A stretch of DNA of 64,000 nt from positions 8,548-72,547 of the forward strand of contig CAKUAI010000006.1 in the NCBI GenBank assembly GCA_934636245.1, in the 5' to 3' direction. The DNA comes from an uncultured Coriobacteriales bacterium. Its GTDB lineage: Bacteria; Actinomycetota; Coriobacteriia; Coriobacteriales; UMGS124. The first letter of the stretch is position 1. Each line of letters opens with the position of its first letter. This document shows, in pieces, positions 1 through 9,281 of the stretch. Below the pieces are notes generated by a model, which was not told the DNA's origin, did not search any database, and was given only the letters and a program-made list of their open reading frames with translations. The position numbers and the translations under genes were made by a program.

Positions 1-249
1 CAGTTGCCATGACGGTCTCCTTTCATCTAGAAGGGGGCCGCACGCCGGCACCCCTCGGTGCTGCCACGCTTTGACGAACCCGTCGCCGAGCTTCACAGAA
101 CTCGGCACCCATAATTATACATCTATCGTCAATATAAGCCATAACCCGTGGTTATGCCGTGACTCGTGGTAATGTAAGCCAATCGCAAAATGTTGCATTG
201 CGCGCAAACGACGGGTTGCATTTCAGAAGGAAGGACGACAGCGGTGGGC

Positions 250-828
250 ATGATTGAACTCGAGGAGCGCATCAGGCGCGACGGTACGGTAAAGGCCGGC
301 AACGTGTTGAAGGTTGACGCCTTCCTCAACCACCAGTGCGACGTGGAGCTCTTCGACCACATGGGTGCCGCTTGGGCCGAGCATTTCGCAGGCAAGCCCG
401 TCGACAAGATCCTCACCATCGAGTCGTCCGGCATCGGCATCGCGTGCTGCGTCGCCCGTCACTTCGGCAACGTGCCCGTCATCTTCGCCAAGAAGACGCT
501 CTCCATCAACCTCGACGGCGAGCAGTACTGCACCAAGATCCATTCCTTCACCAAGCAGAAGGATTTCGATGTCATCGTGACGAAGCGCTACCTCAACGAG
601 GGCGACCGCGTGCTCATCATCGACGACTTCCTCGCCAACGGTTGCGCCCTGCGCGGCCTCATCGAGATTTGCGAGGAGGCCGGCGCCCAGGTCACGGGCA
701 TCGGCATCGCAATTGAGAAGGGCTTCCAGCCCGGCGGCCGCGAGCTGCGCGAGGACGGCTACGATCTCGACTCGCTGGCCATCGTCACGTCCATGAACCA
801 CGAGACCGGCGAGATCGTTTTCGCGTAA
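250..828 (+). CDS. xpt: xanthine phosphoribosyltransferase
   Basis: Frame of ORF 190..828. N-terminus [22 protein letters not shown] and the PRPP-binding [11 protein letters not shown] are typical of Xpt. Start set to ATG 250. Confidence 0.9.
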   Translation: MIELEERIRRDGTVKAGNVLKVDAFLNHQCDVELFDHMGAAWAEHFAGKPVDKILTIESSGIGIACCVARHFGNVPVIFAKKTLSINLDGEQYCTKIHSFTKQKDFDVIVTKRYLNEGDRVLIIDDFLANGCALRGLIEICEEAGAQVTGIGIAIEKGFQPGGRELREDGYDLDSLAIVTSMNHETGEIVFA

Positions 829-846
829 GCCGCGCGGCCTCTCTTT

Positions 847-1461
847 TTATTTACGACCCGGCTTGTCATTTGGGCCTGGAACCCACTCACGGGGTTCCAG
901 GCCCAAATTTTCATTGTCCTGAGCAGGAGTAACGCACTCCCAACCCTTGAAAAACTCGCGAATTTGGGCGATGCTCACCGGACGGCAGTCATTTGCGTCG
1001 ACGCCCACGTCGTAGCGGCGATAGCCCTTCGTGCGCTGCAACTCGTTGTAATGGGAACCCGTGCTATGAATGTGGCCATGCACATGAATCACGCCACGGA
1101 AAATACCGTTCCAGGTCATGAACGGGTAATGGCTGGCAACCACGCGCGTCTTGTTGTATTTGATGTCGCGATAGTCGTCGATGCGCTCGAAAAAGTCCGT
1201 GTCGTCCCAATCGAGGTCGTGGTTGCCGCGCACAAGCTGCACGTGCTGGCAACGGATGCCGCGCAAAAGGCCGAGCACCTCGTCCTGCCTGCCCTTCATC
1301 GACAGGTCGCCCAGGATGCAGAGGGTGTCGCTCTCCCCCACGCACTCGTTGATGTTAGCGATGATGGCGTGCGCCATCTCGTCCACGGTGGCAAAGGGGC
1401 GCTGCGTAAAGGTCAGGATGTTCTCATGGCAAAGGTGCAAATCGCTGGTAAACCAAAGCAC
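847..1461 (-). CDS. metallophosphoesterase family protein
   Basis: Calcineurin-like motifs DLHLCH, GDLS, GNHD, HGHIH. Confidence 0.8.
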   Translation of the reverse strand: MLWFTSDLHLCHENILTFTQRPFATVDEMAHAIIANINECVGESDTLCILGDLSMKGRQDEVLGLLRGIRCQHVQLVRGNHDLDWDDTDFFERIDDYRDIKYNKTRVVASHYPFMTWNGIFRGVIHVHGHIHSTGSHYNELQRTKGYRRYDVGVDANDCRPVSIAQIREFFKGWECVTPAQDNENLGLEPREWVPGPNDKPGRK

Positions 1462-1648
1462 GGGCGCTCCTCACGGTAAAAGGCAAACGCAGGTGATTAT
1501 AACGCTTCGCAAGCCGTGGTTTGTGCTACCCTTCTCCCTTGACGGGGCCAAAGCAAATCGCAGGGGGTTGCTAAGGCAATGCGGAAGGCGAGCGTGCCTC
1601 CCGTATTCCCGCATGCGTATCAGGCAACCAAAAAGGAGGCATCGTCGG

Positions 1649-2338
1649 ATGGACGAGACCAAGGTCATTGAAGTCAAGCAATCGATTCTCTGGGAGAACA
1701 CCCAGGAGGCCGACCAGTGGCGCCAGAAGCTGGCTAAAGAAGGCACGTTCTTCCTCGACGTGATGGCTTCGCCCGGTGCCGGCAAGACCACGCTCATCCT
1801 GGCCCTTCTCAAGGAGCTCAAGGCCCGCGGCCTGGAGTGCGGCGTCATCGAGGCCGACCTCGAAAGCGACGTGGACGCGCTCAAGATCAAGGAGGCCGGC
1901 GTGGCTTCCGTCGAGCTCAACACCAAGGGCGTGTGCCATGTGGAGATGGGCATGGTCAAGCGCTCGTTCGCAGCGTTCGGCGACCACCACTTCGACTTCA
2001 TGGTGCTCGAGAACATCGGCAACCTCGTGTGCCCCGCCGATTTTGACACGGGAGCCCACACGCGCGTCATGCTCCTGTCAGTGCCCGAGGGCTACGACAA
2101 GGTGTACAAGTACCCGCCGATGTTTGCCGTCACCAACGCGCTCATCGTGACGAAGTGCGCGTACCTGCCGCTCAACCCCGATTTCGACATGGACGCCCTC
2201 AAGAAGCAGGCTCGCGCCCTCAACCCCACCACGCGCGTCTTTGAGACCGACGCGCGCAACGGCCAGGGCATCGCCGAGCTGGCCGACTGGTTGTGCGAAA
2301 TGCGCGACAAGACGCTCGCTGCCAGCGCCGCGCTCTAG
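1649..2338 (+). CDS. hypB: nickel-insertion GTPase HypB (G3E family)
   Basis: Frame of ORF 1181..2338. ATG 1649 follows AAAAGGAGG. P-loop SPGAGKTT, ENIGNLVCPA, TKCAYL. Confidence 0.9.
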   Translation: MDETKVIEVKQSILWENTQEADQWRQKLAKEGTFFLDVMASPGAGKTTLILALLKELKARGLECGVIEADLESDVDALKIKEAGVASVELNTKGVCHVEMGMVKRSFAAFGDHHFDFMVLENIGNLVCPADFDTGAHTRVMLLSVPEGYDKVYKYPPMFAVTNALIVTKCAYLPLNPDFDMDALKKQARALNPTTRVFETDARNGQGIAELADWLCEMRDKTLAASAAL

Positions 2339-2622
2339 GCGCCTACGTATCCCGCACGTCAAAACCAACCGCATACCAACGGCACGCACGAGGGGCCAGC
2401 TCGGAAATCCTCCGGGCCGGCCCCTCGTTCTGTATACGGATGCCAGTGGCCTCATTTAACAGTGTAGTAACTTTAACCCCCTAAAGGGGTGCTACTATCT
2501 GCCCAACAGCTTGAATCATAAGCAAGAGTGTTCTTGCTGTTTTATGCACAGGTAGGAATATTCTGTCTATTTTGTTTCATTTTTGTTTCACGTTTCGCCG
2601 TTCAAGGAAAAGGAGCGTACCC

Positions 2623-4236
2623 ATGGCTATCACCAACAATGTTTCCCGCCGTTCCTTCGTAGCAGCCGCAGCCGGCGCCTTCGCCGCCGCTGGCCTGGCC
2701 GGCACCTTCGCGAACACCGGCGCCAACGTCGCCAAGGCCGAGGAGCCCAAGCAGGGCGGCACCCTCACGGTGTCCCTGGCCTCTGCCCCCTCCAAGCTCG
2801 ACCCCATCCACTATTCCGGCACCTATGAGAGCCAGATCATCTGCGAGGTCACCGACCGCCTCATCGAGTACAACGACGACCTTTCCGAGTTCGTCCCCTC
2901 CCTGGCCACCAGCTGGGAGGTCTCCGACGACGGCATCACCTACGTCTTCCAGATTCGCGAGGGCGTCAACTTCACCGCCTCGGATTACCATGACGCACGC
3001 GCCCTCACCGCTGAGGACGTCGCCTACTCGCTGAACCGCTCCGGCCAGTACTCCGACAACGCGCGCCTCTCCATGCTCGACAAGGCCGAGGCCACCGGCG
3101 ACCTCGAGGTCACCTGCACCCTGACCAACGCCTGCGCCGCCTTCCTCACCGCCCTCACCGACGCCGGCAACTCCATCATTGCCCAGGAAGACGTCGAGGG
3201 CTACGGCGACAACTTCGGCAAGAACCTCTGCGGCACCGGCCCCTTCAAGCTCGTTGAGTTCTCCCTCGACGAGCGCGCCGTGCTCGAGGCCAACGACGCC
3301 TACTGGCTCGGCCGCCCCAACGTCGACACCCTTGTGATTCGCTTCATCACCGACCTGACCCAGAACGGCAACGCCGCCGTGACCGGCGAGGTCGATATCG
3401 CAACCGACATTCAGGGCGAGGCCATCGCCACCGTCGGCAACTCCGACGCCGTGGAGCTCTGGACCACCCAGGCCCTCCAGATCAACTACATCCGCCTCAA
3501 CTCCCGCGACGAGATCGAAGGCAGGCCCAACCCCCTGGCCGACGTCAACGTCCGCAAGGCCCTCGCCATGGCCGCCGACTGGGACGCCATCCGCGCCGCG
3601 CTCTACCAGTACGACGACGCCGTCCCCGGCTACCTGCCCATCCCCTTCGGCTCCTGGGCATACGACTCCAGCCTCGAGAGCCTCGCGCCCACGTACGATC
3701 TCGAGCAGGCCACGCAGCTCATGGCTGACGCCGGCTATGCCAGCGGTTTCGACATCTCGATGTACGTCACCAACAACCAGGCCCGCGTCGACCTGACCAC
3801 CATGCTCCAGGGTTACTGGGCCGCTCTGAACGTGAACGTGACCCCCGTCATCGGCGAGTGGGGCTCCTTCTCCGACGCCGTCTGCGGCGGCAAGGCCGAT
3901 GCGTACGCCATGTCCTGGTCCTGGTACCCCGACCCCTACTTCTTCCTCAACAACCTGTTCGCCTCGAACCAGACGACGGCGATTGGCAACGGCGCCGGCT
4001 ACGTCAACGCCGAGGTCGACGACCTGCTCCTCAAGGCCGTCCAGACCACTGACCAGGACGAGCGCGCCAAGTACTACCAGCAGGTCATCGAGATTGCGAT
4101 GAAGGACTACGTGGGCGTGTACTACGCCGTCCCCAACCTGTACTACGCCGTGAACCCCCGCGTCCATGGCTTCGTGCAGCGTCCCGACAGCACCTTGCGT
4201 TTCGTCACTCCCGACCGCAACACCTGGGTCGACTAG
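2623..4236 (+). CDS. ABC transporter substrate-binding protein, family 5 (peptide/nickel type), orphan copy
   Basis: ATG 2623 follows AAGGAG. Twin-arginine-like leader SRRSFVAAAAG. DppA/OppA/NikA-like length and sequence. Confidence 0.9.
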   Translation: MAITNNVSRRSFVAAAAGAFAAAGLAGTFANTGANVAKAEEPKQGGTLTVSLASAPSKLDPIHYSGTYESQIICEVTDRLIEYNDDLSEFVPSLATSWEVSDDGITYVFQIREGVNFTASDYHDARALTAEDVAYSLNRSGQYSDNARLSMLDKAEATGDLEVTCTLTNACAAFLTALTDAGNSIIAQEDVEGYGDNFGKNLCGTGPFKLVEFSLDERAVLEANDAYWLGRPNVDTLVIRFITDLTQNGNAAVTGEVDIATDIQGEAIATVGNSDAVELWTTQALQINYIRLNSRDEIEGRPNPLADVNVRKALAMAADWDAIRAALYQYDDAVPGYLPIPFGSWAYDSSLESLAPTYDLEQATQLMADAGYASGFDISMYVTNNQARVDLTTMLQGYWAALNVNVTPVIGEWGSFSDAVCGGKADAYAMSWSWYPDPYFFLNNLFASNQTTAIGNGAGYVNAEVDDLLLKAVQTTDQDERAKYYQQVIEIAMKDYVGVYYAVPNLYYAVNPRVHGFVQRPDSTLRFVTPDRNTWVD

Positions 4237-4268
4237 CAATCAGGCGCCTGGCATAGCGGCATGAAAAA

Positions 4269-4296
4269 GGGCTGGCTCGGATTTCCGGGCCAGCCC
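4269..4296. terminator. bidirectional hairpin between convergent genes
   Basis: GGGCTGGC..GCCAGCCC stem with an A-run upstream and TTTGTT downstream. Confidence 0.6.
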
Positions 4297-4360
4297 TTTG
4301 TTGTGGGCGTCAGTGCAAAGCGCTGAACTCACGCCCTACAAAAAACCGCAGGTACAACGC

Positions 4361-5680
4361 CTACCAGGCAGCTCCGTCAGCACCGTCGATGGCGATGTCC
4401 GCCTCGAAGAGCGCCTTAAGGGCCGCAATGCCGAAGGCCGTGTCCTTGACGCCACCCGTCTCGTAGCTCGAGTGCATGGCGAGCTGGGGCATGCCGATGT
4501 CCACGGCGTGCACGCTGACCTGCGTGTTGGACAGGTTGCCGAGCGTGGAGCCACCCGCGACGTCGCTGCGGTTGGCAAACGTCTGAAGCGGGACACCGGC
4601 CTTCTTGCACAGCGCGGTGAAGACCGCGCGGCTGAAGGCGTCGGTCGTGTACTTCTGGTTTGCGGCCTCCTTGATGACGGGGCCGCCGTTGAGCTTCGCC
4701 TTGTTGCAGTCGTCGGTCTTGCCCGGGATGTTGGGATGGACCGCATGGGCATTGTCGCAGCTCACGAGGAACGACTTGGCAACCGCGCGGTAGTAGTCCT
4801 GCTCGCCCTTGCCCAGCGCCGCGTTCATGCGCACGAGCACGTCATGCAGGAACGTCGACATCGCGCCCTGCTTGGTGTTGGAGCCGACCTCCTCGTTGTC
4901 GAAGAGGGCGACCACGTTCACGCAGGCGTCGTTGGGCGCAGCCTCGAGCAGGCCCTTGAGCGCCACAAAAGCGCACTGCAGGTCGTCGAGCTTGGGCGTG
5001 GAGACAAACTCCTTGTCGAAGCCCCAGACGCAGCCCTGCTGGCGGTTGACCAGGAAGAGGTCCTTGGCCAGGATGTCTCCGGCGGCGCAACCGAGGCGCT
5101 GGGCGACCATCTCGTCGAAGGCGCCGCGTGTGAGGCTGCCGGCGCTCATGAGGGGGCACAGGTCGACCTGGCGGTTGAAGGCCTTGCCGTCGTTGACCGA
5201 ACGGTCAAAGTGGATGCACATGTTCGGGATGATGAGCACGTCCTCGTCGATGTGCAGAAGGCGGCTCTCGATGTCGTTCGGGGTTTGGACGAGCACGCGG
5301 CCCGCCAAGCCGAGCGGCCGGTCGAGCCAGGTGGAGTCGATGGGGCCGCCGTACACCTCGACGTTCAGGCGCAGGTAGTCGCCGGGGCCCTCAAGCTCAG
5401 GCACAGCCTTGACCTTGAACGTAGGCGAGTCGGTGTGAGCGGCGGCAATCTGGAAGTGATAGTTCGACAGCTCGGAGCCCACCTTGAAGGCGATGAGGCT
5501 GGAGTTGTTGCGAACGGCGTAGTAGCTGCCGCCGGGCACGACGTTCCATTCGTCGCCCTCGCGCAGGCACTCGAAGCCGGCAGCGTCGAGATAGCGTCTG
5601 GCCGAAGCCACCGAGTGGAACATGCTGGGGCTCTGCTTGATGAACTCGATGAGCTCAAGCGAGGTCTCAATATCGCTCAT
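4361..5680 (-). CDS. M18 family aminopeptidase
   Basis: 439 aa. AAHTDSPTFKVK and overall M18 (aspartyl aminopeptidase-like) pattern. Confidence 0.85.
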   Translation of the reverse strand: MSDIETSLELIEFIKQSPSMFHSVASARRYLDAAGFECLREGDEWNVVPGGSYYAVRNNSSLIAFKVGSELSNYHFQIAAAHTDSPTFKVKAVPELEGPGDYLRLNVEVYGGPIDSTWLDRPLGLAGRVLVQTPNDIESRLLHIDEDVLIIPNMCIHFDRSVNDGKAFNRQVDLCPLMSAGSLTRGAFDEMVAQRLGCAAGDILAKDLFLVNRQQGCVWGFDKEFVSTPKLDDLQCAFVALKGLLEAAPNDACVNVVALFDNEEVGSNTKQGAMSTFLHDVLVRMNAALGKGEQDYYRAVAKSFLVSCDNAHAVHPNIPGKTDDCNKAKLNGGPVIKEAANQKYTTDAFSRAVFTALCKKAGVPLQTFANRSDVAGGSTLGNLSNTQVSVHAVDIGMPQLAMHSSYETGGVKDTAFGIAALKALFEADIAIDGADGAAW

Positions 5681-5708
5681 GCAGGTAAACGTCCTTTCAC
5701 GTGCGAGG

Positions 5709-6392
5709 TTAAACGAGAAGCTCGGTCAGGATGCGGGCCGCAAGGGTGCGGGGAAGCAGCACGGGCAGGCCGCTCGTCTCCTCCAGGGCCTCCTTCATGG
5801 CCGCCGAGTAGCCCATGCAGTCGGTGCACATGAAGGCGAGGTCCTTGTCGGCGAACTGCTTGCCCGCCTCCTTGACTGCCTCGAAGTCCAGGTAGGGGCT
5901 CGCGCTGGCCACGAACACGTCGACGCCGCTGCGGCCCCAGAACTCGTAGGCCTGCTCCACCTGGTCGGGCATGGGCACAAGGATGCCGATGCGCTTGCCG
6001 CCAGCCAGGTTGCGGGCCACCGCGTGCAGCAGGGGCTGCGGCTCAAGAAAGAGCTTCTCGTGGTGGAACTCGGGGAACACGCCGGTGCAGAAGAGGGCCA
6101 CGGCGTCGGCCCCCTCCCGCTCGGCCTGGTCGATCTTTGCTTGCACGAGAGGGTTCACGAACCTCTGGGTGAAGTGGGCCTGACGGCCGTCGCGCATGCG
6201 CGAGACGAGCATCTCGTCGCCGGGCTCGACCGTGACGGCCGCCTCGATCTGCTCGAGCGTGTAGTCGTCGAGCGCGCCGTACTCACGCACCTCGACATGC
6301 GCCGGCAGCATCGGGGCGATGTCGCCCATGATGTCGACGCGCGGCGCCTGTCCGATAGTGATCGCCGCAAGCACTTTTTTACCCGAAGCCAT
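5709..6392 (-). CDS. AroM family protein
   Basis: ITIGQAPRVD near the N-terminus and C-terminal PVLLPRTLAARILTELLV match E. coli AroM as I recall it. RBS GGGAGGG. Confidence 0.75.
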   Translation of the reverse strand: MASGKKVLAAITIGQAPRVDIMGDIAPMLPAHVEVREYGALDDYTLEQIEAAVTVEPGDEMLVSRMRDGRQAHFTQRFVNPLVQAKIDQAEREGADAVALFCTGVFPEFHHEKLFLEPQPLLHAVARNLAGGKRIGILVPMPDQVEQAYEFWGRSGVDVFVASASPYLDFEAVKEAGKQFADKDLAFMCTDCMGYSAAMKEALEETSGLPVLLPRTLAARILTELLV

Positions 6393-6433
6393 GAACCCTC
6401 CCTATCGTCTATTTCTTAAACTAGCAGGTAAAA

Positions 6434-7390
6434 CTAGTCGTTCTCGTTGACGGGCATGCCCTCGCCGAAGGTCTGGAAGCGGCTCATGGGACCATACAGC
6501 TTGATGAGGTGGTCGAACTCGCCCTGGCTGTAGAACTGGCACTTGCCGGCACCGTAGAACTTGGCGACCTCGACGGCATAGCGGGCAGCGGTCTCGACGT
6601 CAACGGGACGGCTGGCACCGGTGGCGCAGCCGGCGGTGGGCATCTCGGCCGTGATGGCGACGCCCACAACGGGGGCGTTGGTCACAACGGCAGGCTGCAG
6701 GATGGAGTTGATGTGGTGCAGGTCGTTGCCATAGGGCGTGATGTCCTGCTGGGCAAGCGGGAAGATGGCGGGCAGCTTGCCGGTCACCGTGGTGTAGATG
6801 TCCATAAGGTCGTTGGACACCTCGAGGATGTAGCCCTCCTTCACGGTGTTGGAGATGGCGATGCCGTTGAGGTTGATGACGCGGTTGCCCTTGGTGGTGT
6901 CGATGGAGAGGATGGCGTCCATGCGCTCGTCGACCTCGGCCATGTTGCACTGCACCATAGAGATGGGCGAACCCATGAAGGGCACGGGGAAGTGCTCCTG
7001 GGTGGGAGCGTCGGGGCAAATGTGGGTGGCCACGATGACGTCGCCCTCAAGGACGTCGCCGTTGCGGTGCATCTTGGCGAGCTTGAGGCCTGCGGCAAGG
7101 GCGGCAAGAGCGCCGTCGCCGTCGGAGACGAAGCCAATCATTGCAGGACGGGCGCCCAGGCCGCCCAGACGGCCGATGATGCCCAGCGTGGGGGCGGTGC
7201 CGCCGGAAGACTTGCCGTTGGAGCCCTTGATGAGAGCCTTGATGCAGTCGGTGGAACCCTTGGCGCCCTGAATGGTGGTAACGGTCACCTCGTCGGCGCC
7301 GTTCTCAAGCAGAAGCTGCTTGGCGGTCTCACCGCAAGCGGCGGGGGTATCAAGCAATTCGAACAAGTCAAGAACTTCTTTTAACAGCAT
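6434..7390 (-). CDS. DUF1177-type protein (function unknown)
   Basis: Recognised from memory as the family that usually neighbours AroM genes (IGRLGGLGARP, FVSDGDGA). RBS AAGAGG. Confidence 0.55.
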   Translation of the reverse strand: MLLKEVLDLFELLDTPAACGETAKQLLLENGADEVTVTTIQGAKGSTDCIKALIKGSNGKSSGGTAPTLGIIGRLGGLGARPAMIGFVSDGDGALAALAAGLKLAKMHRNGDVLEGDVIVATHICPDAPTQEHFPVPFMGSPISMVQCNMAEVDERMDAILSIDTTKGNRVINLNGIAISNTVKEGYILEVSNDLMDIYTTVTGKLPAIFPLAQQDITPYGNDLHHINSILQPAVVTNAPVVGVAITAEMPTAGCATGASRPVDVETAARYAVEVAKFYGAGKCQFYSQGEFDHLIKLYGPMSRFQTFGEGMPVNEND

Positions 7391-7549
7391 AGAAACCTCT
7401 TTTCCTCAGTAAAGTGATACCATTCATCGGTTGCCTTTGGTGCGTTAGCGAGTTTAATATCGCCATGTGATGCGGAAGGAAGTATATTCCTCTTCGTAAT
7501 CTATGTCCTGACGATTCGTGTTTTGCCGCTTAACGACAAGGAGAGCACC

Positions 7550-9163
7550 ATGGCTATCGACAGCAGCATTTCCCGTCGCTCCTTCATGGCAGCCGCAGCC
7601 GGCACCCTCGCCGCCGCTGGTCTCGCCGGCACCTTCGCAGGTACCAGCGCCAACGTCGCCAAGGCCGAGGAGCCCAAGCAGGGTGGCACCCTCACGGTGT
7701 CCCTCACCTCTGCCCCCTCCAAGCTCGACCCCATCCACTACTCGGGCGCTTACGAGGGTCAGATCATCTGCGCAGCCTGCGATCGCCTCATCGAATACAA
7801 CGACGAGCTCACCGAGTTCGTCCCCTCGCTGGCCACCAGCTGGGAGGTCTCCGACGACGGCATCACGTATGTTTTCCAGATTCGCGAGGGCGTCACGTTC
7901 AACCCTTCCGATTACCACGACAGGCGCCCTCTCACCGCTGAGGACGTCGCCTACTCGCTGAACCGCTCCGGCCAGTTCTCCGACAACGCGCGCCTCTCCA
8001 TGCTCGACAAGGCCGAGGCCACCGGCGACCTCGAGGTCACCTGCACCCTGACCAACGCCTGCGCCGCCTTCCTCACCGCCCTTACCGACGCCGGCAACTC
8101 CATCGTCTGCCAGGAGGACGTCGACGGCTACGGCGACAGCTTCAACAGGAACGTGTGCGGCACCGGCCCCTTCAAGCTCGTTGAGTTCTCCCTCGACGAG
8201 CGTGCCACGCTCGAGGCAAACGAGGAGTACTGGCTCACTCGCCCCAACGTCGACACCCTCGTGTTCCGCTTCATCACCGACCTGACCCAGAACGCCAACG
8301 CCGCCGTGACCGGCGAGGTCGACATCGCGACCGACCTCATGGGCGAGGCCATCGCCACCGTTCAGGCCTCCGACGCCGTCGAGGTTCTGACCACCCAGGC
8401 CCTCCAGATCAGCTACATCCGCTTCAACTCCCGCGACGAGATTGAAGGCAGGCCCAACCCCCTGGCCGACGTGAACGTCCGCAAGGCCCTCGCCATGGCC
8501 GCCGACTGGGACGCCATCCGCACGGCCCTCTTCAAGTACGACGACGCCGTGCCCGGCTACCTGCCCATCCCCTTCGGCTCCTGGGCATACGACCCCAGCC
8601 AGGAGAGCCTCGCTCCCAGCTACGACATCGAGCAGGCCATGCAGCTCATGGCTGACTCCGGTTATGCCAGCGGTTTCGACATCTCGATGTACGTCACCAA
8701 CAACCAGGCACGCGTCGACCTGGCCACCATGCTCCAGGCTTACTGGTCGGTCCTGGGCGTGAACCTGACCCCCGTCATCGGCGAGTGGGGCTCCTACTCC
8801 GACGCCGTCTGCGGCGGCAAGGCCGACACCTACGCCATGTCCTGGTCCTGGTACCCGGACCCCTACTTCTTCCTCAACAACCTGTTCGCCTCGAACCAGA
8901 CGACGGCAATCGGCAACGGCGCCGGCTACGTCAACGCCGAGGTCGACGACCTGCTCCTCAAGGCCGTCCAGACCACCGACCAGGACGAGCGCGCCAAGTA
9001 CTACCAGCAGGTCATCGAGATCGCGATGAACGACTGCGTGGGCGTGTACTATGCGGTTCCCAACGTGTTCTATGCCAAGAACCCCCGCGTCCACGACTTC
9101 GCGCAGCGCGCCGACTCCATGCTTCGCTTCGTCACGGCCAGCCGCAACACTTGGGTTGAGTAA
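7550..9163 (+). CDS. ABC transporter substrate-binding protein, family 5, first gene of the transporter operon
   Basis: ATG 7550 follows AAGGAGAG. Tat-like SRRSFMAAAAG. Most residues are identical to the 2623..4236 product. Confidence 0.9.
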   Translation: MAIDSSISRRSFMAAAAGTLAAAGLAGTFAGTSANVAKAEEPKQGGTLTVSLTSAPSKLDPIHYSGAYEGQIICAACDRLIEYNDELTEFVPSLATSWEVSDDGITYVFQIREGVTFNPSDYHDRRPLTAEDVAYSLNRSGQFSDNARLSMLDKAEATGDLEVTCTLTNACAAFLTALTDAGNSIVCQEDVDGYGDSFNRNVCGTGPFKLVEFSLDERATLEANEEYWLTRPNVDTLVFRFITDLTQNANAAVTGEVDIATDLMGEAIATVQASDAVEVLTTQALQISYIRFNSRDEIEGRPNPLADVNVRKALAMAADWDAIRTALFKYDDAVPGYLPIPFGSWAYDPSQESLAPSYDIEQAMQLMADSGYASGFDISMYVTNNQARVDLATMLQAYWSVLGVNLTPVIGEWGSYSDAVCGGKADTYAMSWSWYPDPYFFLNNLFASNQTTAIGNGAGYVNAEVDDLLLKAVQTTDQDERAKYYQQVIEIAMNDCVGVYYAVPNVFYAKNPRVHDFAQRADSMLRFVTASRNTWVE

Positions 9164-9188
9164 AGACGTTTATTTGATAGGTTCTGCC

Positions 9189-9227
9189 GCGGAGGCACGC
9201 GTACTTTCAGCGTACCTCCGCTTTTCT
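9189..9227 (+). terminator. intra-operon hairpin/attenuator after the binding-protein gene
   Basis: GCGGAGGCACG..CGTACCTCCGC stem followed by TTTTCTC. Confidence 0.5.
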
Positions 9228-9281
9228 CGTATTTGGGTGCTACCATAGCTTATTGGCCCTCGACAGCAAAAAACAACAACG

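Noticed and set aside
100-249. Expected purine riboswitch upstream of xpt.
   Set aside because: A TATAA box and small hairpins are present. However, I could not find the conserved junction and loop sequences of the purine aptamer (GATATGG-type L2, GTTTCTACC J2/3, CCGACTATG J3/1 as I recall them). A 10-bp palindrome TTGCGCGCAA and a GTTGCATT direct repeat are present. Their meaning is unclear.
1181-1648. 5' extension of the ORF containing hypB.
   Set aside because: It overlaps the opposite-strand phosphoesterase gene and has no motifs. A strong RBS precedes ATG 1649.
2602-4239. Very long ORFs antisense to recognisable genes. This one is an example. Others are 4298..5833, 7454..9094, 13365..14675, 15442..19011, 24860..26995, 38654..42898 and 44908..46875.
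   Set aside because: They are shadow ORFs typical of GC-rich DNA. Their products are Gly/Ala/Val/Asp/His/Arg-rich with no motifs. The opposite strand in each case encodes a protein with clear family signatures.
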